A stretch of 64,000 nucleotides of DNA from Azolla caroliniana (GCA_043228905.1 JBHGNT010000002.1:23994001-24058000), one strand, 5' to 3'. Positions 13,672-25,200 are shown, counted from the first letter of the stretch. Notes: generated by a model from the letters alone, not told the origin. Translations and numbers: made by a program.

Positions 13672-13761
13672 CAGGAGAGAGAGAGAGAGAGAGAGAGTGA
13701 GAGAGAGAGACATACCAATTGACACATTCGACTACCCATACCAGAGAGAGAGAGAGAGAGA
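13672..13761. repeat. (GA)n microsatellites near the right end of transposon 1
   Basis: Runs of GA dinucleotide, upstream of the minus-strand accessory gene. Confidence 0.85.
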
Positions 13762-14008
13762 TACTGAGACTGACCAACTATCACAATGGATACCTTCTCC
13801 AGGTGTGCTTTCGTACAACTCTACCTAGGAGACTGGGGCAACAATTAATGTATTAAATATGGCCTAGGGACATTTCGAGTGTGACGTATAATATCTTTGT
13901 GCATTCGAGTGTGACGTAATGAATTTGTTTTTTGTTTTTTGAAATTTATTTACAATTTTTAATGTTTATTTTCTTCTTCGATTTAGTACTAAATTTTTGG
14001 CCAAAAGT

Positions 14009-14034
14009 TGGTACACCGTAGCATGCTTCGACCC
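14009..14034 (-). repeat. Right TIR of DNA transposon 1
   Basis: TGGTACACCGTAGCATGCTTCGACCC followed by TSD AGGA. Confidence 0.95.
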
Positions 14035-14038
14035 AGGA

Positions 14039-14721
14039 GTTTTGTTTTGTAGGTAACAAGACGTGGCGACTGCTTCTTCCCAGAATCTCGAGGCCATTCC
14101 ACTCATCTTCAACATACTCCTAACAACATTTAATAAGGTGTGATTTTTTCTCTTAGCTATCCCATTTTGTTGAGGTGTGTAGACAGTTGACTTTTGATGA
14201 AATATACCATTTTTTTCGTTAAAGGCTTCCCATTCTTGTGAAACAAACTCTCCATCATTGTCACTTCTTATTACTTTAACTTTAAGTTGTGTTTGATTTT
14301 CAACAAAGCTCTTATATGCACAAAATGCTTTGAATGCATTTCCCTTTTGTTTAAGAAAGTTAACCATTGTAAATTGCAAAGTGTTATCAATAAATGCTAT
14401 AAAGTACCTTGCTCCGGAGAGTGAGTTGGGAGTTATTGGTTCACATACATCCATGTGAACAAGTTGGAGTAGTTTCTTTGTCTTTGAGTTACTTAGTGGG
14501 AATGATTTTTGAGCCATTTTCCCATACATGCAACCTTCTCAAATATCAATAGATTTAAAGATTGTGGAATGTAAACCTCTTACTAGGTTCTGATTTTGAC
14601 ATGACTTGAGTGTTGGTGTATGTAGATGACAGAACCGGCAATGCCATAGATAGGTGGGGAACACATTGTCTACTCCTCCTTGATGTACTTCAACAGCTAA
14701 TGCTTCTCCTAGATTTTCCTT
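14039..14721 (-). pseudogene. copia A integrase N-terminus and core
   Basis: LWHCRFCH, LVHMDVCEP, IRSDNDGEF, TPQQNGIAKRKN, FWEEAVATSCYLQN. Confidence 0.92.
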
Positions 14722-16594
14722 TGTCAAGAATCAAACTCTTGACATGACCATGTTTTAATCGAGTGTTATGTGTTAACCACACATCTAGCATATAATCATG
14801 TATATACTTCCTCATTGTAGGTTTTAGCTAGCATTATGTGCATAATTTCTCCCTTGTATTATTAACACTTGCCACATGCATGTGTACCTACTGCCTACAT
14901 GCTCTATTGTATCACATGCGTGCAACAGGTATGCATGCCACTTAGTATAAATAGTTGAGTTCACCTTGAAGGAATTCAAGGTGAACAACGCCAGTCATGG
15001 ACATATCAATCTAGTGTTTTCGTTTCGCCCATCCTCTCTCCTCGATCTTCATCTCTATCTTTATGCTCTTGTGTAATTCCGTCATTGCTCCGTCATAGTC
15101 TCATCATCCGTGCTCCGTCTTAGTCCACGCTTGGTGTGTCCATGACAGTTTGTTCACCTTCCAACTAGAAGCATCACCCGTCTCCGTCATCGCCCTTGCT
15201 TCTAGAGTTACCATCGTCACCGTATCATCATCAACATCGCTTCATTTCCTATGTTCCTCGCCATTTCTATCTCCTAGTTTCTTCTTATCATTTTCATTGG
15301 CTTTTAGTTTCTCCTCATCATTGTCTCTATTTTTTAGTTTCTTTCCCGTTCGTATTTGTTTTCTAGTTCCCGGTGAGGGCTGCACAAGGCCGCTCACTCT
15401 CGTAGGTGTTCATGTTCCAGTTCCCTGTAAGGGCCGCACAAGGCCGCTCACTCCCATTGGTGTTCGTGTTCTAGTTCCCAGTGAGGGCCACATGGTCACT
15501 CACGCCCGTTCGTGTTCCTGTTCCCGGAGAGGGCTGCACATGGCTGCTCACTCTCGTTCGTGTTTCTGTTCCCGGTGAGGGCCGCATGGTCGCTTACTCC
15601 CGTTCGTGTTCCAATCTCCGGTTAGGACCGCACACAGTCGCTCACTCCAACTATTGTTCGTGTTCCAGGTCTTGGTGAGGACCAACATGGTCGCTCATGC
15701 CCGTTGTTGTCCATGTTCCAATTCCTAGTGAGGACCACACATGGTCGATTACTCCCATTCGTGTTCTTGTTCCTAGTGAGGGCCACATGGTCACTCACTC
15801 GTTCGCGTTCCATTTCTCAGTGAGGACAACATGGTTGCTCACACTCATTGGTGTTCGTGTTTCAACTCTTTGCGAGGACCATTCCAGTTCTCGGCAAGGA
15901 TCCCACATGGTTACTCATGCCCCTTGGTGTTCATGCTCCCCGTGAGGACCGCACATGGTCGCTCACACCCGTTAATATTTGTATTCCAGTTCTAGGCGAG
16001 GACCACACATGGTTGCTCATGCCCGTTGGTGTTAAATACCCCGTCTTGTGGAAGGGTTACTCCTTGTCTAGGATTTACAGAATACTTTGGAGGTGATCTA
16101 AGATTTTCATCAACAATATCCCCTAAAGCCGACAAACGATTTGGGAAGGCATCGTTGGAGGGGGGATAATGTCAAGAATCGAACTCTTGACATGACCATG
16201 TTATAATTGAGTGTTATGTGTTAACCACACATCTAGCATATAATCATGTATATACTTCCTCATTGTAGGTTTTAGCTAGCATTATGTGCATAATTTCTCC
16301 CTCGTATTATTAACACTTGGCACATGCATGCGTACCTACTGCCTACATGCCGTATTGTATCACATGAGTGCACAGGTATGCATGCCACTTAGTATAAATA
16401 GTTGAGTTCACCTTGAAGGAATTCAAAGTGAACAACGCCAGTCATGGACATATCAATCTAGTGTTCTCATTTCGCCCATCTTCTCTCCTTAATCTTCATC
16501 TCTATCTTTATGCTCTTGTGTCATTCCGTCATTGGTCTGTCATAGCCTCATCATCCGTGCTCTGTCTTAGTCCGCGCTTGGTGTGTCCATGACA
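14722..16594 (+). mobile_element. Non-autonomous TRIM/LARD-like LTR element
   Basis: ~425-bp LTRs TGTCAAG...CATGACA at 14722-15147 and 16170-16594. PPT GAGGGGGGA precedes the 3' LTR. The interior is non-coding with ~55-bp tandem repeats (~15345-16035). The TSD is imperfect (TCCTT/GCTTT), but removal restores the copia frame YPVK-ENLGEA. Confidence 0.88.
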
Positions 16595-16599
16595 GCTTT

Positions 16600-17941
16600 G
16601 ACAGGATATAGTTGCCCTTGTTTTGGACATACAATTTTTTTCTCATGTTGATCATCTTGGATGTATAGGGTAGCTTGTTGTTTGCTGAATTGGACTGTCA
16701 TTCCTTTTGCAGTAGCTTGTCCCACAGATACTAGATGTTTTGCAAATCCAGGTACAAAGTATATATCTGAAATTTGTACAACATGATTACTAATGAGTCT
16801 TAATTTGATATTACCTTTCCCAACTGCCACTTTTTGACCTTTGTCTCCGAAGGTGACCTTCAATGGTATTGGGAGCTCTTGATAGTTGTCCAACCAATCT
16901 TTTCGATATGTTAGATGGTGAGTAGCCCCAGTATCCAAGAACCAGGTGCTATCATCTTTATTTTCTTCACATGTGTTTGCATTATATGTTGGAATGTACT
17001 CTTCTTCATCAGGGTCTCCATTTTGTTCAGATGCTTCTTCAAAAGAGTATTTTGGATTTCTATCATCTTCTTGTTGGATAACCACATTATGTGCCTAGGG
17101 TCGGTTGGAGTTCTTCTCTTCTTGCTTGAGGCGACATACTCGATCAATATGTTCTTCCTTCTTGCAATATCTACAAATGATTCTAAAGCTTCCATTTTGT
17201 CGTGAGTTGTTCCCATAGTATTTTTGTGCTTCACTCTTGATGTATGTTTTGTTATTATTAGATTCATTATTTTCTTACTTTTTCAGGTCTGTACCTTTGT
17301 TGGTTTGCTGGATGACCCCTTTGGAATCGATTGATGGAGATTGCCATTGCGATCGGTTGAGCATTATTCTTCTTTTGTCATCGAATGTCTTCATGGCGGA
17401 TCTTAGTAAGTAGCTCAGACAATGTTGTTGTGCTACTATGCATAATGATGAATGTTCCCCAAGATTCGGGGAGTTTGCTTAGCACTAATCCAATCTTGAT
17501 GTCTTCTGAGATGCCGTTGTCGGCGGTAGTTGCATCATCCATGGTTGCCTCCCAAGTTGATAAGAAGGTAGGAACATCTTCTTCTTCTTGTAAAACACAC
17601 CTATTAAATAAGGTAGCTAAGGTGTGGAGTTTAGTTGTACCATCTTGAGGTTCGTAAAGTTCCTTTAGTTTTGTCCACATTGCAGCTGCAGATGTGAGTT
17701 TTCGAATAATTTCTAATTGCTTTTCATCTACATTTAACATTATCTCTAGTCTAGGTCTTTTATCCAGCTTTCGCCACTCATGCCATTCATTTGACTCTCG
17801 TTTTACAAGTTTTGGACTAGCGCCAGTTGTGATGTGTAGGAGCTCCTCAACATCAAGTAGCAGCTCCATTCGAGTCTTCCAGGTTTTGTAGTTTTTCTCC
17901 GTTAATTTGTCCAAGGTATATTTTCTACTTGAGCTTGCCAT
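16600..17941 (-). pseudogene. copia A gag-protease
   Basis: NYKTWKTRMELLL, MWTKLKELY, LSKLPESW, WFLDTGATHHLT; broken frames. Confidence 0.92.
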
Positions 17942-18033
17942 AGTGATAGTACTAAGATTTGTTTATTTCAAAAAAAAACTGTGGTGAGTTTCATTGGTTA
18001 TAGGGGACTATGAGATTCAAATCGTGCAACTAA

Positions 18034-18045
18034 GCTCTAATACCA
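18034..18045 (-). promoter_or_regulatory. PBS (tRNA-iMet type) of copia A
   Basis: Minus strand TGGTATTAGAGC directly after the 5' LTR, one mismatch from TGGTATCAGAGC. Confidence 0.88.
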
Positions 18046-18368
18046 TGTAAGAAAAGTTCAGAACATAATGGGCTGGATTGACAACAGAGAATGAGAGAGA
18101 GTTTTCGAAGAATGTAGAACAAGGTAAGATATTATATTAAGACTGGTGTATTACAATGTAAAAAGCTACAGAAAATTCTAGATGTAGTATCACACACATT
18201 TCTAAACAATACTTCATACATATCTATATACAAAGAAGTAACAACTAACCGTTACTTCTTTGTAACTGTTGTTTTGTCTTTTTCTCATTGTCTTTTGTAA
18301 CTCATATTTTGTCTTTATCCTCATAACTCATGTTTTACCATTTGTGGTGTAAACAACTAATCTTAACA
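18046..18368 (-). repeat. 5' LTR of copia A
   Basis: Direct repeat of 40-362. Confidence 0.95.
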
Positions 18369-18668
18369 TGGAAAGTATGTACATTGAACAAACAAAACTC
18401 ACATGAAATATAATTAAAATCATATAGGAAATTATTTTGACTCCAATATTTTGGGTATTTAAAATTTGGAGCAATGTACATTTAGATTATTGAGAATGGG
18501 ATACATGGTTGGATCAAACCAAAAGAAATAAACAACGACACAATGTGTACTATATCATCGGTCGTGCCTGTGCCTGTGCCTGTGCCTATGCTTGTCGGCA
18601 ATGAGCGAAATGAATGTGAAGTTTTATAAATCGGTGGGAGTAAGCCATTACAAAACAAAAAGGACCAT

Positions 18669-20300
18669 CTACACTTCATAGTTGATCCGGAGGCCTTGGA
18701 TGGTCACTCTCTCAGTGCCCTTCACGATGATCGTGATCACGACCTCGTCGTCCTTCTTGATTCCCACACGCTTCAAGTTATCTCCGATCTCGAACTTTAG
18801 GTTGGTCATGAGCCGTCGATGTTGGCTCGCCGATGGCACCACATTGAATGTCCCCACATACTCGGCGCTGTTCGTGAGTGTCGTGTTGGTCGCACCGGGG
18901 AGATTCACGAACACCAGCAGTTGCACGAAACTGTCTCTCACCACGTCCATCCCCTCGATCGTCAGCACCTCCTCCGAGTGCTCTGGCCTTTTCACACCTA
19001 TAGCGGACGGCCGTTGCACACGTGCCACAAGCTTCTTGCCTAGCTCAATCGTCCCGTTGAGAGGCGAGGGACCGACGAACGGCACGCCCGAAGCTATGGC
19101 CGCCTGTAGGGCGCTGCCGTTCGAGACTGGGACCGGGGAGAATCGAATCCACAACTTGTCGGAGCTCACCCTCTTGTATTTGTAGCCAAGCTTGCTTATG
19201 TCGAGCACATCTCGCACCTTTATCTTCACCATGTTTGCATATTCGTCGAAGAAAGGGAACTCGGCGTCGAGGAAGTCGGTTACGTTGAAATCGTGGCGCT
19301 CGCCATCGGGGAGGTGGAATCGCCACATGTCCCAGAGCCGGTCAACATTGGTGTGATGGGAGTAGAACACGGGATCGCGACCGGCTGAGGTGAAGGTGCC
19401 CATATCTTCTCCGAGGGTGTTGTTCCTGTTGCCGGTCCAGTAATGGATGCCATTGTGGATCGTGTTCTCGATGCTGCCACCCAACGGAGCAGAGATGACA
19501 GTGGAATTGGTGAGGTCGGACCCGAGAACGTAAGGGCCGCCTAGGAAGAGCTCCGGGGTGCGGGCCGTCACCATGGCTTGATACATGGAATTGAGATTCT
19601 CCAAGGCGATGAGGGTGGTGTTGCTGGTGCTACTGGCTGGGGAGAGACGGATGAGGGTGGTGCCCGAGAGCGCGGAGGTGCTGCGGTTGGCGTCAAAGAG
19701 GGCGGTGCCATTGCGTGCGAACATGGGGGGCAACACGTTGCCGCCATCACGTTGGTCGTCCCAGTTCCAATAGACAAGTGCGAAGGACGGATCGCCGATG
19801 AGACTACCGAGGATGCGCTCGTGGAAGTAGAGGTACATACGGTGCCACGGGAGGAACAACCAGGAGAAGTGGACCTGGAGAGGTTTATCGGCAGCGTCGC
19901 CGCCTTGCTTGTAGGCACCGTTGCAAAAGGCACAATGGAGATCGGCCTGGACCTTGAAGCTACGGGGATCGGTGTCGGGGAGGGCTTTCATGAGCGCGTA
20001 TGCCTTGTTGTACTTGGCGATGTACTCTTCGCTCACACGGTGGGCGGGGTGCCGGACACGGGTCTTGGGGGACTTGTAGGCATCCAAGGAGAAGCGGACG
20101 ACCTTGTGGGCGGGGACGATGGGGATGCAACAATTGAAGAGATAGGTGTTCTTGGCATTGGGGCCAGCAGCAGGCCTGTCGACGGCAAGCTGACATTGGG
20201 ACAAATCGGGGACGGTAACGGGATCCGCGGCCACGAAAGAGAACAATGGCAGGAACAGGGCTAGCACCAACACAACGTGATGGAGGTTATTGGAGGCCAT
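18669..20300 (-). CDS. PPO: Polyphenol oxidase (type-3 copper catechol oxidase/tyrosinase), intronless, with signal peptide, 543 aa
   Basis: ATG at 20300 (MASNNLHH). CuA: HCAFCNG...QVHFSWLFLPWHRMYLYFHERIL. CuB: HNGIH...DMGTF...RDPVFYSHHTNVDRLW. DWL-like DFLDAEFPFFDE and C-terminal EEVLTIEG/EYVGTF. Hydrophobic N-terminus VVLVLALFLPLFSFVAA. Confidence 0.97.
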   Translation of the reverse strand: MASNNLHHVVLVLALFLPLFSFVAADPVTVPDLSQCQLAVDRPAAGPNAKNTYLFNCCIPIVPAHKVVRFSLDAYKSPKTRVRHPAHRVSEEYIAKYNKAYALMKALPDTDPRSFKVQADLHCAFCNGAYKQGGDAADKPLQVHFSWLFLPWHRMYLYFHERILGSLIGDPSFALVYWNWDDQRDGGNVLPPMFARNGTALFDANRSTSALSGTTLIRLSPASSTSNTTLIALENLNSMYQAMVTARTPELFLGGPYVLGSDLTNSTVISAPLGGSIENTIHNGIHYWTGNRNNTLGEDMGTFTSAGRDPVFYSHHTNVDRLWDMWRFHLPDGERHDFNVTDFLDAEFPFFDEYANMVKIKVRDVLDISKLGYKYKRVSSDKLWIRFSPVPVSNGSALQAAIASGVPFVGPSPLNGTIELGKKLVARVQRPSAIGVKRPEHSEEVLTIEGMDVVRDSFVQLLVFVNLPGATNTTLTNSAEYVGTFNVVPSASQHRRLMTNLKFEIGDNLKRVGIKKDDEVVITIIVKGTERVTIQGLRINYEV

Positions 20301-20436
20301 AGGAAGCAAATCTATGAATGCTCTCTGCTGTCTATGGAGTAGATCGAGATTATTAGTATAAGCAGGGTGCTATTATTATGAATGTTCTTTGATGGATGGT
20401 GTGATGTAACCTATATTATATGTATGTATGTATAAT

Positions 20437-20747
20437 GTCAACTGGTATGTCTCTTTATATAATGTCAATTGGTACCTCTATTTGTGATGGAGATAACCTC
20501 TATATATTTTGTAATAATAATATAGAAAAATCAATGAATTTGAATGGTCTTCTACCCATTAATCCCTAAAATGTCAAGAAATTTCGTTGAATCCAAGATA
20601 TCCATCCTACCTACGGAAAATGTCAACATAATTCCTAGACTTATATATCACATACTAGATTTGGAAAACGTCAACATAATTGGCAGCAAATAATATATCA
20701 TGTTGCTTATAATAGAAATAGAAAAATATGTCAATTTACAGCGTCAA
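20437..20747 (-). promoter_or_regulatory. Cluster of seven TTGAC (W-box core) motifs upstream of PPO
   Basis: GTCAA on the plus strand at 20437, 20464, 20573, 20622, 20670, 20730 and 20743, all in one orientation. Confidence 0.5.
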
Positions 20748-21689
20748 CATATCTATATCTGTCTGTCTGTCTGTTTGTCTGTATGTGTAAATGAAATATT
20801 GTGGAAGAGCTTCCATAACTCTTCATTAAATCGAACGCGTATTCCCTCACTTTGTTGTTTCACACAGTTTTGACATTGTCATTACATTTTAAATGCAACA
20901 TTTCAATTACCATATTGATTTGCTTGCGTTTTATTTATTATGGATTGGGGGATTGCATGCTCCAAAGGATTAACATTTCCACCAACAAACAACTCCTTAA
21001 TATTACCCGCCAAGTTCTCTTCATTGATTTCACTCCCAATTTTATATGAATATTTTACGAGCTGTAGATTTCAAGTCGTCAAAGACATTGACATATATCG
21101 TATCTTCATTCATAGAACGGTAGGGTGCATATATGCACATATAAGACGGTGTTTGGTTGTAAGGTATATTTTTTCCTCCTCCCGTCTAGTGGACTTTCTT
21201 CCTAGGATAGTTGAGAATTAAGGTTGTGTCCCACTCCACTTTGCCTTTTGACTAGTAAAAGGGCAAGATTTGTCCTATCTAATATATCTCTTTTTAAATC
21301 TATCAAGTTTGGCGTTTTATAATGTCCTTGCACCCTCTTTTCTACAAAATACAAGGGATTTACAAAGCCGGTACGCAATTTTATAATATGTGGGTATGTT
21401 ATTATATTCTAGTATGTCTTGCACGTAATGACATATATATTTAGTCTGAATCTAAGACAATTAGAAATGTATGCATTATGACATGCATCAAGACATTTAT
21501 CTACATTATGGAGGTAACCTAAACAATCAAATAATGGCAATGGTTTTGAATTGAATTTCCTTTAGAACTTGCAACAATGTAATTATATTGTGATATGCAC
21601 ATAAGAGATCAAAACCAACCTAGTTAGCTTCTTACTTCTTACTCAATCACCCCCATAGAGTGCTCGGAAAGGGCTGATTCGTGCTACTT

Positions 21690-21800
21690 GAGGGTCTTGT
21701 TGAGGCGTTCTGTGAGGCCATTTGTCCTAGGATGGTATGGGGACGTAAATATCTGTTGGACACCAAGTTGAGCTGCAATGGTGTTGAGGACATCCCCGTG
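21690..21800 (-). pseudogene. Small Ty3/gypsy integrase remnant
   Basis: Minus strand reads TSPYHPRTNGLTER. Confidence 0.6.
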
Positions 21801-21820
21801 CAACTACCGGCCCTGATAGT

Positions 21821-22268
21821 TGTCAGGAATAGTACTAAGCGGAGAGGAAATTAGTACTAAAGAAGAGAAGTACTATTAGTAATAACAGGACGGGACTGCG
21901 TAAGATTCCCGAGAGAGAGAGAGAGAGAGAGAGAAGAGAAGAGAGAGATAGCGAGGAAGTGAGAGAGAGAGATAATGATAACAGCTAATATATTATGTGA
22001 AGGATAAGTACCAAATGGCTAAGAGGCTTAAGATTGGCGTTGAACCAATTTGGTTCAACATAATGCCTAGTGCCTTCTTTTATAGTGTTCTCAGGAGTAA
22101 TCCTGAAGTTTCTAGAATGTTCCAAAGAAATCTAGAATATACATTAATTTCCTATAATAAAACTTAAATGAAAATAATATCTTACGTATTACAATAGATG
22201 GTATAATGGTCAAGAGCTCGACCCATATAACATAAGGTCATGGGTTCGAGTCTTGCCATATCATGACA
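21821..22268 (-). repeat. 3' LTR of chromovirus
   Basis: Direct repeat of 36344-36793; TGTCA...TGACA termini; internal (GA)n. Confidence 0.95.
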
Positions 22269-22279
22269 CTATCTCCCCC

Positions 22280-25200
22280 TTAAAGTTGACGAGTGGAACG
22301 AGTCGGCGTTGATTGCGGACCGGGTTTGTCCGGATACTTTTGATGGAACTCAGCAAGAAGATCCTGAGCATTGGCAACATGCTCGACGGGTTCCCAAGTT
22401 AGTTCGTTCACTCGGACTATAGCCAAGCCAATCGACCACATAATAAATTTTGTTGCGAACAAATTTGGAGTCGAGGATGGCAGCTACTTCATACTCCAGA
22501 CCGGCGTCTAACTCAAGCGGGGGCGGCGATGGTGTAACACGATCGGGAAGAGTGTTTGCTTTATAAGGTTCAAGAAGAGAACTATGGAACAATGGATGTA
22601 TCCGAAGATGCGGAGGAAGATCAAGGCAGAACGTGACATCATTAATCTTACAGGTAATACGAAAAGGACCGAGTCGGCGATAATCCAACTTGTCGCACGG
22701 TCAAGTAGTCTTGATGTGACGACGTAAAAGCCATACTCGATCTCCGATGGCAAAAGAGGAGGGAAACCGATGACGATCTGCGTAAGTCTTCTGTGTCTGT
22801 TGAGCATGACGAAGATGAGTATAGAGATCCATCTGGATCTTGCGTAGTCTCTCCAAATGATCCTCGGCACGAGGATTGGTAGGTAGCTCCGGGGTGTCGA
22901 TCACCGACCAGCGAGGATGAGAACCGGTATAAGCGTAGAATGGGGAGACTCGAGTCAAGGAGTGAACAACATTATTATACGCAAACTCCGCAAAGTGGAG
23001 AATCTCGGCCCAATCGTCCTGTTGATAACTTAGGAAACACCGGAGATATTGGTCCAGCGTTTGGTTTGTTCGTTCTGCCTGCCCATCGGTCTGAGGATGG
23101 TAGCCGGAGGAGAGGTTGCAAGAGACCTTGAGCATCTTGAAGAGATGCTGCCAAAATTTGGAGACAAATTGCGGTCCTCGGTCACTGATGATACTGTCTG
23201 GGAGGCCATGATGCCGAAATACCTCACGCATGACAAGGGCGGCGGTTTCCTCGCTAGTGATGGCCTTAGTACATGGCACAAAATGTGCCATCTTCGTATA
23301 TCGATCGACGACGGTTAAGATAGCATCGAACCCCTTCGAAACCAGCAGATCTGTGATAAAATCAAGACAAATAGATTGCCACGGCTTACTTGGAATCGGT
23401 AAGGGTTCCAATAAGCCATATGGATGGTGTCGTGGCATCTTTGCTCGGTAGCAAGCATCACAGGTCCGAACGTAGTTGTCGACAAAACGTCGCATATGGG
23501 GCCACCAAAAGGATCGTTGAACTAGATCCAACGTCTTAGTGCTACCGAAATGTCCCGCCATATGGGTGTCGTGACAACTTTGGACGATTTGAAGGCGATA
23601 GGAGCAATCGGGGACATAGACAAGCATTTTAAAGAATAACAAACCATCATGATATTCGAATTGTCGGTAGTCCATACCTGGTTGCTGAGAATGGGAACAG
23701 GATGCCCGTGAGGTATCAATATGCGCCAGAATGTCTTTAGAAAAATTGTTCGTCTTCAAATTCGCAGGTATGGTGTCAATAATCTGGGAATCCATTGGGG
23801 TGTGAAAAATCCGCGTTGTGTGCAATCGTGTTGGTCCCAAGATTACTTGCTTTTGATTATCGAATGCGGGATCACCAGGACGAGGTGCAAGATATGAATG
23901 CCGTGATAGTGCATCTGCCTTTCCTTGCTGCTTCCCCGGTGGATATGCAATTTTGAAATCAAAACGTGTGAGGAATTGAGCCCACCTAGCTTGCCGTCGA
24001 TTTAGCACACGAGCGTTCGAGAAATAAGAAAGATTCTTGTGATCACTAAAGACAATGACCTAATGTGGAGAGCCCTCCAAAAAATGCCGCCATTGCACAA
24101 ATGAATCCACGAGGGCTAATAACTCCTTGTCATGTATTTCGTAGTTGATTTCTGCAGCATCGAATTTGCGCGAATGGAAAGCCACAGGATGTAACTCTTC
24201 TTTATCTCCTAGTTGAGAAAGGATGCTATCGAGAGCGAAATCTGATGCGTCAGCCTCCATGATGAATGGTTTGCTTGTATCCACATGGGCTAGAATAGGT
24301 GCTGATGTAAAGGCTTTCTTAAGATGCCGAAAAGCCATGATGTCCGCTTCATTGGACCAAAGAAATGCTTGTCCCTTCTTCGTAAGGTGTGTGAGAGGTA
24401 AAATAATCTTCGAGTAATCTTGTATAAACTTGCGGTAGAAGTTAGAAAAACCTAGAAAACATTGTACATCTCATACTGATCGTGGAATTTGCCACTCTAG
24501 CACAATTTGAACTTTAGTTGGATCCATGGAGATGCTCTTTGAGGAGATAACGTAGCCTAAAAATTCCACTTGCTTGCAGTCGAAGCTAAATTTTTCTAGC
24601 TTGGCATAAAGACCATTCTCACGGAGTCGATTTAGTACTAATAGTACATGAGATAGTGGTCTTCCATTCATCTCCCGGTCGGATCTGCACGAGGTTATAT
24701 GCTCCTCGTAGATCGATTTTTGTAAAAAACTTGGCACCATTAACTCGCTCTAAAAGACTTGATATAAGAGGAAGTGCATACCTATTCCGGATGGTGACCT
24801 TATTTAAGCCGTGGTAATCAACGACAAGACGAAGTGAGCCATCTTTCTTCTTGACAAAGAAGATGGGTGCTCCGGACGGAGATTTCGAATGACAAATAAA
24901 CCCGCTTGCCAAGTTCTCCTCTATGTAGGCTCGAAGGACTTCTAACTCAGTGGGTGACAAGTTGTAGATTGGTCCCCATGGTGGCTCTGCTCCTGGTTGT
25001 TAATCGATGGGACAATCGTAGGGACGATGATGAGGAAGAGTATCGGCTTTTACCTTGTCAAATACGTTGGCATAAGGATGATATTTCGCTGGAAGTTGCA
25101 CTAAGGATTCCTCCTTAATATTGCTAGAGGGATGTACTGATATGGCAAATAGGAACATTGCCTCCTTGTGTCCTTCTTTGCGTAGTTGACGTAATGAAAT

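Larger units (their letters stand above)
2720..14034 (+). mobile_element. Large TIR DNA transposon 1, Sola2-like (11,315 bp)
   Basis: TIR GGGTCGAAGCACGCTACGGTGTACCA (2720-2745) matches the reverse complement of 14009-14034 at 25/26. TSD AGGA at 2716-2719 and 14035-14038. Removing the element restores the copia integrase frame QNKTP-HQGIE. It encodes a transposase with DFAENY and GHGKGEHDGAG motifs. GRG termini and a 4-bp TSD fit Sola2 as I recall it. Boundaries are secure; the superfamily name is less so. Confidence 0.88.
40..18368 (-). mobile_element. Ty1/copia LTR retrotransposon A (degenerate; hosts two nested insertions)
   Basis: 323-bp LTRs TGTAAG...TTAACA at 40-362 and 18046-18368. TSD TGGAA at 35-39 and 18369-18373. 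PBS at 18034-18045, G-run PPT next to 362. Minus-strand order is gag, protease (WFLDTGATHH), integrase, RT, RNaseH (WCDNQS, ADFLTKP). Confidence 0.95.

Noticed and set aside
2720-14034. Classification as CACTA, hAT, Mutator, Harbinger or Helitron
   Set aside because: GGG termini, the 4-bp TSD and the transposase motifs do not fit those groups. No Rep/helicase is present.
18682-20264. Long plus-strand ORFs (167 and 228 aa) overlapping PPO
   Set aside because: Antisense shadows of a GC-rich coding sequence with no recognisable motifs.
22192-22260. Functional tRNA gene
   Set aside because: A/B boxes are present, but the acceptor, D and anticodon stems do not pair convincingly. It lies within both LTR copies.
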